Program-made: the position numbers and the translations under genes
Notes under the pieces: generated by a model
The model's input: the letters and a program-made list of their open reading frames with translations, nothing else
What the model was told of the DNA's origin: nothing
Database searches by the model: none
NCBI GenBank assembly: GCA_040879385.1
Contig: JBBDKM010000029.1
Span: 27,661-91,660 of the forward strand
DNA: 64,000 nt
DNA from: Thermoanaerobaculia bacterium
GTDB taxonomy: Bacteria > Acidobacteriota > Thermoanaerobaculia > UBA5066 > Gp7-AA6
Reading direction: 5' to 3'
Part shown: positions 54,217-63,648 of the stretch, piece by piece
How the letters are laid out: each line of letters starts with the position of its first letter
Numbering within the stretch: the first letter of the stretch is position 1

Positions 54217-55380
54217 TTACGCCGCCTGGCGTGACGCGTCGGCGGACCGAATGACCTCCAGGCCCCGTTCCAGGATCAGATCGCGCTCGCCGGTCTCGCC
54301 CGGGAATACGATGACCCGCTCGTCGGGGGAAAGACCCTTGCCGCCGAGCACCTGCCCCGAGGGAGAGACGTAGCGGCCGATGGTCATGAACAGCGTGCCG
54401 CCCTCCTGCGTCGGCACGGCCCGCTGGAGGATGGCCATGCCGACCGTGGTTTCTCCGACCGTCGTCGCCTTCGCGCGATCGTGCAGCGCGGCCGCGAACA
54501 CCTCGGCCGGACCGGCCGTGGAATCGTCGGTCAGGATCACGGTCCGGCCCTTCCACACCGAATCGCCGGGCGCCTCGAGGAGCTGACCCGCCGCCTTGCG
54601 GGAGCGCACGGTCGCGATCGGGCCCTTGTCGAGAAACAGCGAGGCAACCGGAGCAGCGGCGGCCGGCTCGCCGCCGATCGAGCCGCGCAGATCCAGCACC
54701 ACCTTCGAGATCGACCGGCGCGCCGCCTCGTCGAGCTCCTTGCGGACGGCCGCGGCCGTGGAGGACGTAAACGAGGGGATCCGGATGATCGCGACGTCCC
54801 GCTCCCATTTCGTCGACGGCGCCGGAGGCTCGAAGCTCGACCGGGTCACCGGGATCGTCAGCTTCTTCTCGTCGCCGCCGCGGAAGAGTCCCAGCTCGGC
54901 GGAAGAGCCCTCCGGGCCCTCGAGCGCCGCCTTGACCTTCCAGAACGGAGCGTTGCGCAGGGGCTTTCCGTCCACCGAGTCGAGGAGATCCCCGGCCTTG
55001 ATCCCGGCCTTTTCGGCCGGCGAGCCGGGCAGGGGACCGACGACGTACGGGTATCCGCCGCGCCGCGCGAAGACGATTCCGGGACTGGCGGCGCCGGCGC
55101 TCTGCTGCGCCCTGTAGGCGGGCATCGCGGAGGCCGGCACGTAGTAGGAAAAGGGGTCGAGGGCGTCGGACATGGCGTCGTAGGCGCCTTCGAGCAGGGC
55201 CCGCGAGTCCGCCGGCTCCACGTAGTTGGACCGGGTCAGGGAGAAAACTTCGGAGAAGATCGAGAGCGCCCGCGTGGCGGGGTCCCGTCCCGCGCCCTCG
55301 GGCCCGGCCACGGCCCGCAGAGACGCCAGGGCCCCCAGGGAAACCACGACGAAGGCGATGCGCGAGCGGTTGGATCTCAT
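54217..55380 (-). CDS. S41 family C-terminal processing peptidase with PDZ domain
   Basis: Signal peptide MRSNRSRIAFVVVSLGALASLRAVAG, PDZ (GSPAEKAGIKAGDLLDSVDG), S41 core (VLDLRGSIGG, LTDDSTAGPAEVFAAAL). An ATG at 55416 is the alternative start. Confidence 0.88.
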   Translation of the reverse strand: MRSNRSRIAFVVVSLGALASLRAVAGPEGAGRDPATRALSIFSEVFSLTRSNYVEPADSRALLEGAYDAMSDALDPFSYYVPASAMPAYRAQQSAGAASPGIVFARRGGYPYVVGPLPGSPAEKAGIKAGDLLDSVDGKPLRNAPFWKVKAALEGPEGSSAELGLFRGGDEKKLTIPVTRSSFEPPAPSTKWERDVAIIRIPSFTSSTAAAVRKELDEAARRSISKVVLDLRGSIGGEPAAAAPVASLFLDKGPIATVRSRKAAGQLLEAPGDSVWKGRTVILTDDSTAGPAEVFAAALHDRAKATTVGETTVGMAILQRAVPTQEGGTLFMTIGRYVSPSGQVLGGKGLSPDERVIVFPGETGERDLILERGLEVIRSADASRQAA

Positions 55381-55437
55381 CGGCAGGATGGTAACACCGG
55401 GCTGCGGCAGCCCCATTTCGTCAATCGCGCGCGGACA

Positions 55438-56586
55438 CTAGCGGAGCCAGGCCACCGGGTCGCTGGCCTTCTGACGGTCCCGCACCTCAAAGTACAGGCC
55501 CGGCTCATCGCGCCCCGGCCCGAATCCGGCCAGGCCGATCTCCGTGCCCACGGACACGGGCACTCCCGGCCGGACTGCGACGCCCTGAAGCCAGGCATAG
55601 AGCGTCAGCATCCCGTCTCCGTGATCCAGGATCACGAGGTTTCCGTACTCGGCCAGCCACTGCGCGTAGATCGTCTTTCCCGCGTAGACGGCGCGCACGG
55701 GCGTTCCCAGCGGGACCGCCACCGCGACACCGTTGGAGACGGTCCAGGTGTCGAACTTCGGGTGGCGGTGACGGCCGAAGGTCTCGACGATCGTGCCGCG
55801 GGCGGGCCAGTCGAGCACGCCCTTCCAGGGACGGATCCCGCCGGCCGCCGCCGGCTCGTCCCCCGCCGACTGGCGCGAGAGAGTCTCGAGCAGCCTCTCC
55901 AGGCGCGAGGCCTTGTCGGTCAACCGCGAGACCTCGCGCCGCCGCGACGCGGCTTCCCGGCGCTCGAGCGAGAGCAGCTTCTCGCGCTCGGTCTTGAGCG
56001 AGGCGACCCGCTGCTCCTCCTGGCGGCTCACGAGATAGAGCCTGTCGATCTCGGCCTTGAGCGCCTGCTCGCGGGCGAGGTCCCGCTGGAGGCGCGCCTC
56101 CGCCTCGCGGTAGCCCCGCAGCAGCTTCCCGTCCCGCCGCGCCAGGCTGTCGAGGCGTTCGATCGAGTCGAGGAAGGCCGGCAGATCCCTCGCCTCGAGC
56201 AGGATCCGGAAGTAGCCGAACCGCCCGAAGCGATGGAGCAGCCGCGCCCGCGCCGAGAGGGCCTGCCGGAAGCGCGCGGCCGCCGCCGAGGCCGCGGCGC
56301 GCTCCTCCGACACGGCGGCGAGCCGCCGCCCGAACTCCTCGCGCGTCGCGGAGACGAGCTCGCCCTCGCGCGTGGCGAGCTCGAGCCGCAGGTCGAGGCG
56401 CTGCAGCTCCTCGGCGAGTGTGGCTTCCTTCTTTTCGCTCTCCGCGAGCTTCGTCTTCAGAGAGGCGATGCGGCTCTTCAGGCGATCCAGGTCCGCCTGG
56501 CGGTCCGAGTCGCCGGGAGGGACCGGGTCCTGACCGAGAAGCGGAAGAGCGAAAAGAAGGACCACCGCAGCACGCCGCAGCCTCAC
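55438..56586 (-). CDS. M23/LytM-domain murein hydrolase activator (EnvC-like) with N-terminal coiled coil
   Basis: VRLRRAAVVLLFALPLLG signal, long coiled coil, C-terminal LytM domain (GVAVAVPLGTPVRAVYAGKTIYAQWLAEYGNLVILDHGDGMLTLYAWL). GTG start overlaps the upstream stop (GTGA). Confidence 0.85.
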   Translation of the reverse strand: MRLRRAAVVLLFALPLLGQDPVPPGDSDRQADLDRLKSRIASLKTKLAESEKKEATLAEELQRLDLRLELATREGELVSATREEFGRRLAAVSEERAAASAAAARFRQALSARARLLHRFGRFGYFRILLEARDLPAFLDSIERLDSLARRDGKLLRGYREAEARLQRDLAREQALKAEIDRLYLVSRQEEQRVASLKTEREKLLSLERREAASRRREVSRLTDKASRLERLLETLSRQSAGDEPAAAGGIRPWKGVLDWPARGTIVETFGRHRHPKFDTWTVSNGVAVAVPLGTPVRAVYAGKTIYAQWLAEYGNLVILDHGDGMLTLYAWLQGVAVRPGVPVSVGTEIGLAGFGPGRDEPGLYFEVRDRQKASDPVAWLR

Positions 56587-58688
56587 CAGAGCGCCTTCCC
56601 CGCCGCGTCCTCGACCACCGGCCCGCCGTAGAGCGCCCGCACCGACGCCGTCACGTCCGCGATCCCGGGAACCGGATCGGCCCGGAAGGGCTTCGAGGCG
56701 AAGAGCACGCCGCGCACGAGGTCCGGGTCGAGCGAGCAGTGGTCGCCGCTCCACACGTCCCGGTTGTCCTCGAACACGGTCGCGGTCGGCACGCCGAGCG
56801 AGGACTGCCACGAGACGCGATAGCCCGGACGGTTGGTGACGATCAGGTCGGGGATCAGGCGCGGGTCGAAGCGGCGGTAGACCTCCTCCCGCTTGAAGAC
56901 CCGCGAGACCGCCTTCTCGTTGGTCTTCGGATCCGTCAGCGCGGTCAGGCGCTCGGAAAGCTCGGCGCGCAGCGCCTCGTATTCGGCGCCCGGCGCGACG
57001 ATCCCTCCCTGCTCGCGGCCCTGGAGGTTGACGTAGATGTCGCCGAGGCCCATCGCGTAGGCCTTCGATTTCGACCAGTCGACGGCCTCCCAGAACTGGC
57101 CGCGCGAGAAGAGGGCCTCGAGGTTCTGCCGCCTGGCGTCGCCCTCGAGGACGAGGTAGCCGTTCTCGACGAGCCAGGAGTTGTAGTTGACGGACCGGCG
57201 CCAGGTGGCGAAGCCGTGATCCGACAGGACGATCAAGACGTCCTCGGGCTTCAGCGCCTTCGCCGTCTCGCCGACGATCTCGTCCATCGTGGCGTAGGAC
57301 TTCTCGACCGCGTCGCCATACGTCCCGGCGAGCCGGGCGTCGTAGGCCGGGTGCTCCGGATCCCGAAAGCGCCAGAACACGTGTCCGACACGATCCGGAA
57401 ACTCGAAGTAGTTAAACAGCAGCCGCTCTTTGCCGCCGAGGAGCCCGCGCAGCATTTTTCGTTCCTGGTCGCTCGTGTGGCGGACGTCCTCCAGGAACGC
57501 CTCCTCGGACAGCGTGCCGGACTGAATCGACCAGGTGTCGATCGCCCAACCCATGGTCTTGTAGCGGCCGAACCGCTCGACGAGCTCTCCCGCGAAGCCC
57601 GCGGGCGAGGAGATCGCGAACCCCGGAGGGAGACGCTCGGGGTCGAACTGGATCGGCGAGAGGTACAGGCCGATCTCTGGCTGGACCGTCGCCAGGCGCA
57701 TCCGCGCGTAGCCGCGCACGGCAACGAGCGGATTGACGCGGAAGGAGAGGGAAATCCAGTCGCTCCACTCCCCCGGCTTCAGCTCCTCCCGCCCCCCGGA
57801 GGTTTCGATGACGAGACGGTCGCGCGCGTCGGGAACCGTCAACGTCAGGAGCGCGTCGATCGTCCCCTCGCGGCCGAACGCGCGGCCGGGCGGACCGGCG
57901 ATCCTCGTCGCCTGGCGGCCCACGTTCGACTCGAGCCGCACGATGTCGACCGAGAAGTCGTTTCCCTCGCGGAGGGCGAAGAAGGGGTCGGACGTGTAGT
58001 ACGCCGGCTTGCCGATGCGGCCCGAGAGGTCCGGCACGCCGAGCCCGGAGAGCATGCGCCCGTCGGCGAAGGGCTCGGGCGGAAACGTCACGGGCATGCG
58101 GACCACGATCGAAGGCCGCGCCCCGGCCTCGCTCCAGAACACCGGCCCCCGCCGGTTGTTCCGAACGGAGGGCCGCGTCTCGGGCAGCCACGACCTCGCC
58201 GTCAAAAACGCGCCGGCGGCCGCGCCCGCCGCCAGAACCGCCAGCACCGCGCCGGCGGCGCGCCGCTGCCGGAACAGAAGGAGCGCCGGCAGAAGAAAGA
58301 TCGCCGCCCCGGCCGCGGCCAGAACCGCCGGGGTCTTCTTCCCGAAGAGAAACGGGACCGAGGTTTCCTCCGCGACCGCAAAGGTCGGGATGCGATTGGC
58401 CGGGTCGCGCTTGAGGAAGTCGAAGATCTCGTGGCCGCCCGGATCGAGGCCCGTCGAGAAGGTCGCCCACGAGACGGGTGTCTGCGCCGGGATCGTCGGG
58501 GTCAGCGGCGAGTACCCGCCGCGCCGCGCGAGCTCGGCGAGGTTCGGAAGCTCTCCCCTGCCAAGCATCTCCTCGACGATCTTCGCGTCCACGCCGTCGA
58601 ACCCCAGGATCACGATGCGGCCGGGAGCTGCGGCCGAGAGCGGCGCCGCGAGGAGGAGGACCGAGAGCGCGGCGCCGGTCAGCTTCAT
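56583..58688 (-). CDS. alkaline phosphatase / nucleotide pyrophosphatase-phosphodiesterase (NPP) family protein with an internal two-helix hydrophobic insert
   Basis: Signal MKLTGAALSVLLLAAPLSAA. NPP blocks ILGFDGVD, TIPAQTPVSWATFSTG, VLSDHGF. Hydrophobic segments TPAVLAAAGAAIFLLPALLLF and AAGAVLAVLAAGAAAGAFLTA lie inside the catalytic domain. Confidence 0.82.
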   Translation of the reverse strand: MKLTGAALSVLLLAAPLSAAAPGRIVILGFDGVDAKIVEEMLGRGELPNLAELARRGGYSPLTPTIPAQTPVSWATFSTGLDPGGHEIFDFLKRDPANRIPTFAVAEETSVPFLFGKKTPAVLAAAGAAIFLLPALLLFRQRRAAGAVLAVLAAGAAAGAFLTARSWLPETRPSVRNNRRGPVFWSEAGARPSIVVRMPVTFPPEPFADGRMLSGLGVPDLSGRIGKPAYYTSDPFFALREGNDFSVDIVRLESNVGRQATRIAGPPGRAFGREGTIDALLTLTVPDARDRLVIETSGGREELKPGEWSDWISLSFRVNPLVAVRGYARMRLATVQPEIGLYLSPIQFDPERLPPGFAISSPAGFAGELVERFGRYKTMGWAIDTWSIQSGTLSEEAFLEDVRHTSDQERKMLRGLLGGKERLLFNYFEFPDRVGHVFWRFRDPEHPAYDARLAGTYGDAVEKSYATMDEIVGETAKALKPEDVLIVLSDHGFATWRRSVNYNSWLVENGYLVLEGDARRQNLEALFSRGQFWEAVDWSKSKAYAMGLGDIYVNLQGREQGGIVAPGAEYEALRAELSERLTALTDPKTNEKAVSRVFKREEVYRRFDPRLIPDLIVTNRPGYRVSWQSSLGVPTATVFEDNRDVWSGDHCSLDPDLVRGVLFASKPFRADPVPGIADVTASVRALYGGPVVEDAAGKALW

Positions 58689-58756
58689 GCGGAGGCCTCA
58701 GTTTAGCAGTCTGCGGACGAATGGATGCGGACCCGGGCCGGCACTACAATCCGGGC

Positions 58757-59941
58757 GTGGCGACGCGGACCGAGGATCTGGAGACGCTACTCGCACGGAT
58801 CCCGGATCGCGCGGTCCGCTCCCTCTTCTCCCCCGAGTTCATCCTGTGCGCGGAGCACTTCGACCGCTTCACGATCGATTTCGTGCTGCGGCTCTGCCGG
58901 GAGCTCGGCTTCGAGGACGATCTCGCCCGCGGCGTTTCTTCCCGCGCCGTCGTGTCGGCACGGGGCTTCGCGCCTCGCGCCGAGATTCCCATCCGGTGGT
59001 TCTTCCGCAAGCTCGAGGCCGCCGGCTACCTGGACGTCTCGGGCGAGGGCGCCGAGGCGGTCTATCGAACGCGCGGCCCGCTCCCGCCCGGGGACCCCGA
59101 CCGCGCCGAGGCGCAGGCCCGCGCCATCGATCCTCGTTCCCTGCCGGCCTTCGCGGTCGTGCGGACGATGGTGGAGCACGTCCCGGAGTTCCTGCGGGGC
59201 GAGAAAACCGGGGAAGAGATCCTCTTCGCGCCCGCCCGCCTGCCTCTGTGGTTCGACTACTTCTCCAACGACAACCTCCTCTACCAGATCAACAACCGCC
59301 TCGGGGCGGAAGCGTTGGCGCGGGTCCTGCCCTCCACGCGCCCGGCCGTCGTCGTGGAGATCGGCGGAGGCTCGGGGTCGGCGGCGCTGGCGGTCGCCGA
59401 GAGGCTCGCGCGGGAGGCGGCGCTTCCGCGCATCGAGCGCTACCTCTTCACCGAAATCGTCCCGACGTTCCTGCGGCGGGCCGAGCGCGCGATCCGGTCG
59501 CGCTTTCCGAGCCTGCCGGCCGAGTTCGTTCGGCTCGACATGGACCGCGACTTCGCCGCGCAGGGCGTGCCGGCCGGAATCGCCGACGTCGTGTATGCGG
59601 TCAACACCGTGCACATCGCGCGCGACCTCGCGTCGACCCTCGCGCGCATCCGCGAGGTCCTGAAGCCCGGCGGAGCCGCGGTCTTTTCCGAGTGCGTGCG
59701 TCCCTTCCCCGCCCAGCCGATCTACGTGGAGTTCGTCTTTAACTTCCTGGAGAACTTCACGGGCGTGGCGACCGATGCCGCGACGCGGCCCAATCACGGA
59801 TTCCTGACGCCGCAGAACTGGCGCGCGGCCTTCCGCGCGGCCGGCTTCGAGCACCCCGGCATCCTCCCGGACGTCGAGGAGCTCGCCCGCCACTACGACG
59901 CCTTCTTCGTGGCGGCGGTGTGGGCCCGGCGTCCGGCGTAG
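58757..59941 (+). CDS. class I SAM-dependent methyltransferase with N-terminal dimerisation/winged-helix-like domain
   Basis: SAM motif I VVEIGGGSGSAAL; post-I/II region ADVVYAVNTVH...LKPGG. The GTG at 58757 lies 6 nt after TACAAT; an in-frame ATG at 58721 is the alternative start. Confidence 0.75.
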   Translation: MATRTEDLETLLARIPDRAVRSLFSPEFILCAEHFDRFTIDFVLRLCRELGFEDDLARGVSSRAVVSARGFAPRAEIPIRWFFRKLEAAGYLDVSGEGAEAVYRTRGPLPPGDPDRAEAQARAIDPRSLPAFAVVRTMVEHVPEFLRGEKTGEEILFAPARLPLWFDYFSNDNLLYQINNRLGAEALARVLPSTRPAVVVEIGGGSGSAALAVAERLAREAALPRIERYLFTEIVPTFLRRAERAIRSRFPSLPAEFVRLDMDRDFAAQGVPAGIADVVYAVNTVHIARDLASTLARIREVLKPGGAAVFSECVRPFPAQPIYVEFVFNFLENFTGVATDAATRPNHGFLTPQNWRAAFRAAGFEHPGILPDVEELARHYDAFFVAAVWARRPA

Positions 59942-59947
59942 TCGGGA

Positions 59948-60874
59948 TCATTTCTTTCGCGACGGATCGTCCCAGAACGGATAGAAGCAGTACCACTGCT
60001 CCGGATACTCCCGGACGTAGCGCTCGAGGATCGCGACGTAGCGCTCCAGGTTCTTCCGGAAGGCCGCGTCGCGGTCGCCGCCGGTCTCGATCTCGAGCGG
60101 CTCCTCGACGACGGCCCGGTAGCGGCCGTCGGGCACACGCACGATGAAGGCGGGCAGGGCGACCGCCCCCGAAGCCATCGCGACGCGCAGGGGACCGCGG
60201 GGGAAGTAAGCCTCCCGCCCGAAGAAGGGCGCGGGAACTCCGGTATTGTCGAAGTCGCGGTCGCCCTGCATGGCGACGATGCCGTTGCGCTCGAGGACGC
60301 GCAGGACCGCGAGGGTCGGGACGATGCTCCTGTCGACGCGGATCTCCGTCACGCCGCAACGGGCGTGCAGGCGCCGCCGCTCCCGTTCCACTCCCGGGAA
60401 GATGTCGGGCACCAGGACGACGTGGATCGGCTGCTTGACCTCGGCCAGCATGAGGCCGCCGACCTCCCAGTTGCCCAGGTGCGCCGTCAGCAGGACGACG
60501 CCCTTTCCGCGCCGGCGCCCCTCGACGATCCGCGAATAGCCCTCGACGCTCTCGATCAGGCGGCGAGACTCCTCCGGCGGCCGCGTCGCGAAGTGCAGGA
60601 AGTCCACCCAGGCGTCGAAGTGCGAGCACACCATCGCGAAGGCCTTCTCGCGGACTTCCGGCGCTTGCGCGCTCTGCCCGAGGATGATCGACAGATTCGC
60701 GCGGGCCGCCTGGAGGTACTTGGGACGGAGCCGGTAGTAGACGCTCGCCAGCCTCCGGCCGCCGCGGTGCATGGACCAGCGCGGAAGGCGCCGGGCGAAG
60801 GCGAGGGTCGCGGGAAACCAGAGGCGCGACGTCGCCGACGCGACCGCGCGGGCGATCGGATTGCGCGTGGCCAT
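59948..60874 (-). CDS. lysophospholipid/lipid A biosynthesis acyltransferase family protein (LpxL/HtrB-like)
   Basis: Starts MATRNPIARAV... Also LLTAHLGNWE (H-x4-E/D type motif), GIVAMQGDRD, FPRGP. The upstream part of the track ORF is artefact. Confidence 0.85.
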   Translation of the reverse strand: MATRNPIARAVASATSRLWFPATLAFARRLPRWSMHRGGRRLASVYYRLRPKYLQAARANLSIILGQSAQAPEVREKAFAMVCSHFDAWVDFLHFATRPPEESRRLIESVEGYSRIVEGRRRGKGVVLLTAHLGNWEVGGLMLAEVKQPIHVVLVPDIFPGVERERRRLHARCGVTEIRVDRSIVPTLAVLRVLERNGIVAMQGDRDFDNTGVPAPFFGREAYFPRGPLRVAMASGAVALPAFIVRVPDGRYRAVVEEPLEIETGGDRDAAFRKNLERYVAILERYVREYPEQWYCFYPFWDDPSRKK

Positions 60875-60903
60875 CTTTTCCTGCACGGGAGGTATCCTAA
60901 GAG

Positions 60904-60946
60904 AGTCGGGAGTCGGAAGTCGGAAGTCGGAATCGGAAGTCAGGAG
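60904..60946. repeat. heptanucleotide tandem repeat (AGTCGGA-type, about 6 units, some degenerate)
   Basis: Units read agtcggg agtcgga agtcgga agtcgga atcgga agtcagga. Located in the divergent region between the acyltransferase start (60874) and the GT-C membrane protein start (about 60956). Confidence 0.85.
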
Positions 60947-60955
60947 AAATCGGCA

Positions 60956-62719
60956 CTGAAGACGCGGATTCCGGCGGCGCTCCCGTACCTCGTCTTCGCC
61001 CTGCTGGCCGCGGTGTCCTGGAATCGCTGGATCGAGCCCTACGTCGACACCGGGCGAGAGCTCATGACGCCGTGGCGGCTTTCGCAGGGCGAGAACCTCT
61101 ATCGGGACATCCACTTCCCTCACGGGCCGCTCGGGCCGTATCTGGCCGCGCTCGCCGACGGGATCTTCGGACGCTCGCTCTACGCGCGCACCGCGCTTGC
61201 GGCCCTGATCGCGCTCCTGCACCTGGCCGCGCTCGACCGGCTGGCCCGGCGGCTTCTTCCGCCGTGGCGCGCGGCGCTGGCGGCTTCCGCCGCCGTTGGC
61301 GCCGCGATGTTCCTTCGCCCCGGCGGATGGCTCTTCCCGTTCAGCCTCGACACGGCGATCGCGGTCGCGGCGCTGACGTGGGCCCTCGTCTTTCAGGACC
61401 GCGGGGAGGCGCCCGGAGCCGGCGGGCGGACGGGCCTGTGCCTGGCGGCGGCCCTGCTGGCGCGGCCGGAAATGGGATTGGCCGGCGTGGCCGTGTTCGC
61501 CCTCGCCGCGCGCCGCGAGCCGCTGCGTTTGCTTGCCCTCGCCGCTTTTCCCCTGGCGGCGGCCGCCGCCGCATACGGCGCGTTCTCCGTGGGCGTTTCG
61601 CGGGAGCTTCTCGCCGCCGATGGCTGGCTGCGCTTTCTCGATCCGCCCGAGGCGTACCGAAACGTGTACCGGTCGTACGCGGGCCTCGACCGCGTCGGCC
61701 TGCGCCTGTCGGAGCTCTCGCTGGTGGCCGTCGTCCTCGCGCTCGCTGCCGCGCTGGTCACGGCCGCGGCCTTCTTCGCCTCCCGAGTGGCCGGGAAGTC
61801 CCGGAGGGGGGCCGCCCTGCTCGAGATTCTCCCGATCGCGCTTCTGGCCGCCGCGGCGGCCGCGCGGTTTCATCCCCCGGAATTTCTCGCGGGCGAGCTC
61901 GAGCTCTTCCCGCCGCTCGTGCGCGTGATTCCTCCGAGCCTGGTGCTCGCCGCGGGGCTGCGTCTCCTCTCGCGTCTGCGCAATCGGGAGCCGCGGGGGC
62001 CGCTTCGCGCGGTCCCGGACCCGTTTCTCTGGATCGGCGGCTTCTTCTCGCTGCGTCTCCTGCTGGCGGCCGGGTACGTCGGACCGTATGCCGCCTTCTT
62101 CCTTCCGCTGCCGATCGTCGTGGCGCTCTACGGCCTCTTCGCGATCGCGGACCGCGCCGCCCCGGCGGTCGGCGCCGCGCTGCCGCGCCTGACGGCTGCG
62201 GCCCTCACCCTCTTTCTGGTCTTCCGTCTGGCGAGCATGGCGCGGCTCTACCGCGGCCAGACCTGGTCACGCGTGGACACGCCGGTGGGAAGCCTCCGGC
62301 TCACCGAGCCGGTCGCCGCCGCCACGCGGGCGGTTTTGGACGATCTTTCCCGCCGGCTGCCCGCCGGGGCAACGCTCGCGGGCTTTCCCGAGACGGGATT
62401 CTTCAACTACGCGCTCGGCCGGCGGAGCTCCTTCTGGCTCGATCAGTTCTTCCCGGGCCACCTCGACGAGGCCGGGGAGGCGCGCGCGATTGCCGTTCTC
62501 GCCAGCCGCCCCCCCGACGCGCTCCTCTATGCCAACGTGCTCGCGGTCGGAGAGAACGCCCGGGTTTTCGGCCGCGACTACTACACCCGGCTCGACGCGG
62601 CGGCCCGCGCGCGCTTTCGGCCCTCGGCCGTCTACGGCCCTGGGGCGAAGCCGGATCCGCGGATCGGGGACCCGGGCTTCTTCGTCGAAGTGCTCGTCCC
62701 CCGGGAGACCGGCCCTTGA
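60956..62719 (+). CDS. polytopic GT-C-type membrane glycosyltransferase (family 39/83, ArnT/PMT-like)
   Basis: First TM helix IPAALPYLVFALLAAVSW followed by an acidic loop and GENLYRDIHFPHGPLGPYL, then ~10 more TM helices and a C-terminal soluble domain. No in-frame ATG/GTG/TTG precedes TM1. A CTG at 60956 lies 9 nt after AGGAG; the first ATG (61066) would delete TM1. Confidence 0.7.
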   Translation: MKTRIPAALPYLVFALLAAVSWNRWIEPYVDTGRELMTPWRLSQGENLYRDIHFPHGPLGPYLAALADGIFGRSLYARTALAALIALLHLAALDRLARRLLPPWRAALAASAAVGAAMFLRPGGWLFPFSLDTAIAVAALTWALVFQDRGEAPGAGGRTGLCLAAALLARPEMGLAGVAVFALAARREPLRLLALAAFPLAAAAAAYGAFSVGVSRELLAADGWLRFLDPPEAYRNVYRSYAGLDRVGLRLSELSLVAVVLALAAALVTAAAFFASRVAGKSRRGAALLEILPIALLAAAAAARFHPPEFLAGELELFPPLVRVIPPSLVLAAGLRLLSRLRNREPRGPLRAVPDPFLWIGGFFSLRLLLAAGYVGPYAAFFLPLPIVVALYGLFAIADRAAPAVGAALPRLTAAALTLFLVFRLASMARLYRGQTWSRVDTPVGSLRLTEPVAAATRAVLDDLSRRLPAGATLAGFPETGFFNYALGRRSSFWLDQFFPGHLDEAGEARAIAVLASRPPDALLYANVLAVGENARVFGRDYYTRLDAAARARFRPSAVYGPGAKPDPRIGDPGFFVEVLVPRETGP

Positions 62720-63648
62720 GGCTCGATCTCGCGGTCTCGACCCGCTTCGGGTTGTCGCGGCGCGCGGCCCGCGAAGCCGTCCGTTCCGGCCGGATCGAGG
62801 TCGACGGAACGGTCTCAGACGAGCCCGGCGCCGCCGTCGCTTCCGAAGCCCGCCTCCAGTTTCACCCGGACCGTCCGCTGCGGCGCCGCGTGCGGACCCG
62901 CCTCTCGGTTCTCCACGAGGACGGCGCCGTGCTCGTCGTGGACAAGCCGGCCGGGCTCCTGACAGTCCCGACCGAGGCGCGCGAGAAGGACACGCTCTGG
63001 AGCCGCGCGCTGCACTATCTCCAGCACCGCTATGGCGGCCGGCCGTACGCCGGGATCGTCCACCGCCTCGACAAGGACACGTCCGGGGCGCTCGTCTTCG
63101 CGCGCAGCCGCTCGGCGCTCCACGCGCTCCAGGCGCGCTTTCGCGAGCACGCCATCGACCGCGAGTACGTGACCCTCGTCGAGGGCACGCCGCCCGAGAC
63201 GGGCACTCTCGACGCCGACCTCGTCCGGGAACCGGGGCTTCGCCGCGCGATCGCCCGGCCCGGCCAGGAGGGGCGCCACGCTGTCACGCGCTACCGAACG
63301 CTCGAGCGGTTCGCGGCCGCGTCCCTCGTCTCCGTGCGCCCCGAGACCGGGCGGACCCACCAGATCCGCGTGCATCTCTCGGCGGCAGGCCACCCGGTCC
63401 TCGGCGACCGCGTCTACGGCAGGGAGCCGGTCGGGAAGGGCGCCGCGCCCGCGGCCCCCCGGCAGATGCTGCATGCCCGGAAGCTCGCCTTCCCGCACCC
63501 GGAGACCGGGCGGCCCGTGTCGGTCGAAGCGCCCCTGCCGGAAGATTTCGAGAAGGTGCTGGCCGCCCTGCGCGCCCGCAAAAAAAACGGCCCGGCAAAG
63601 CCGGGCCGCGAATCGACCCCGAAGGGATCCGCTACGCGAGGACGATGA
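62716..63648 (+). CDS. RluA family pseudouridine synthase with N-terminal S4-like domain
   Basis: LSRRAAREAVRSGRIEVDG (S4-like), HRLDKDTSGALVFA (catalytic Asp motif), GRTHQIRVHL. TTG start overlaps the upstream stop. Confidence 0.9.
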   Translation: MRLDLAVSTRFGLSRRAAREAVRSGRIEVDGTVSDEPGAAVASEARLQFHPDRPLRRRVRTRLSVLHEDGAVLVVDKPAGLLTVPTEAREKDTLWSRALHYLQHRYGGRPYAGIVHRLDKDTSGALVFARSRSALHALQARFREHAIDREYVTLVEGTPPETGTLDADLVREPGLRRAIARPGQEGRHAVTRYRTLERFAAASLVSVRPETGRTHQIRVHLSAAGHPVLGDRVYGREPVGKGAAPAAPRQMLHARKLAFPHPETGRPVSVEAPLPEDFEKVLAALRARKKNGPAKPGRESTPKGSATRGR

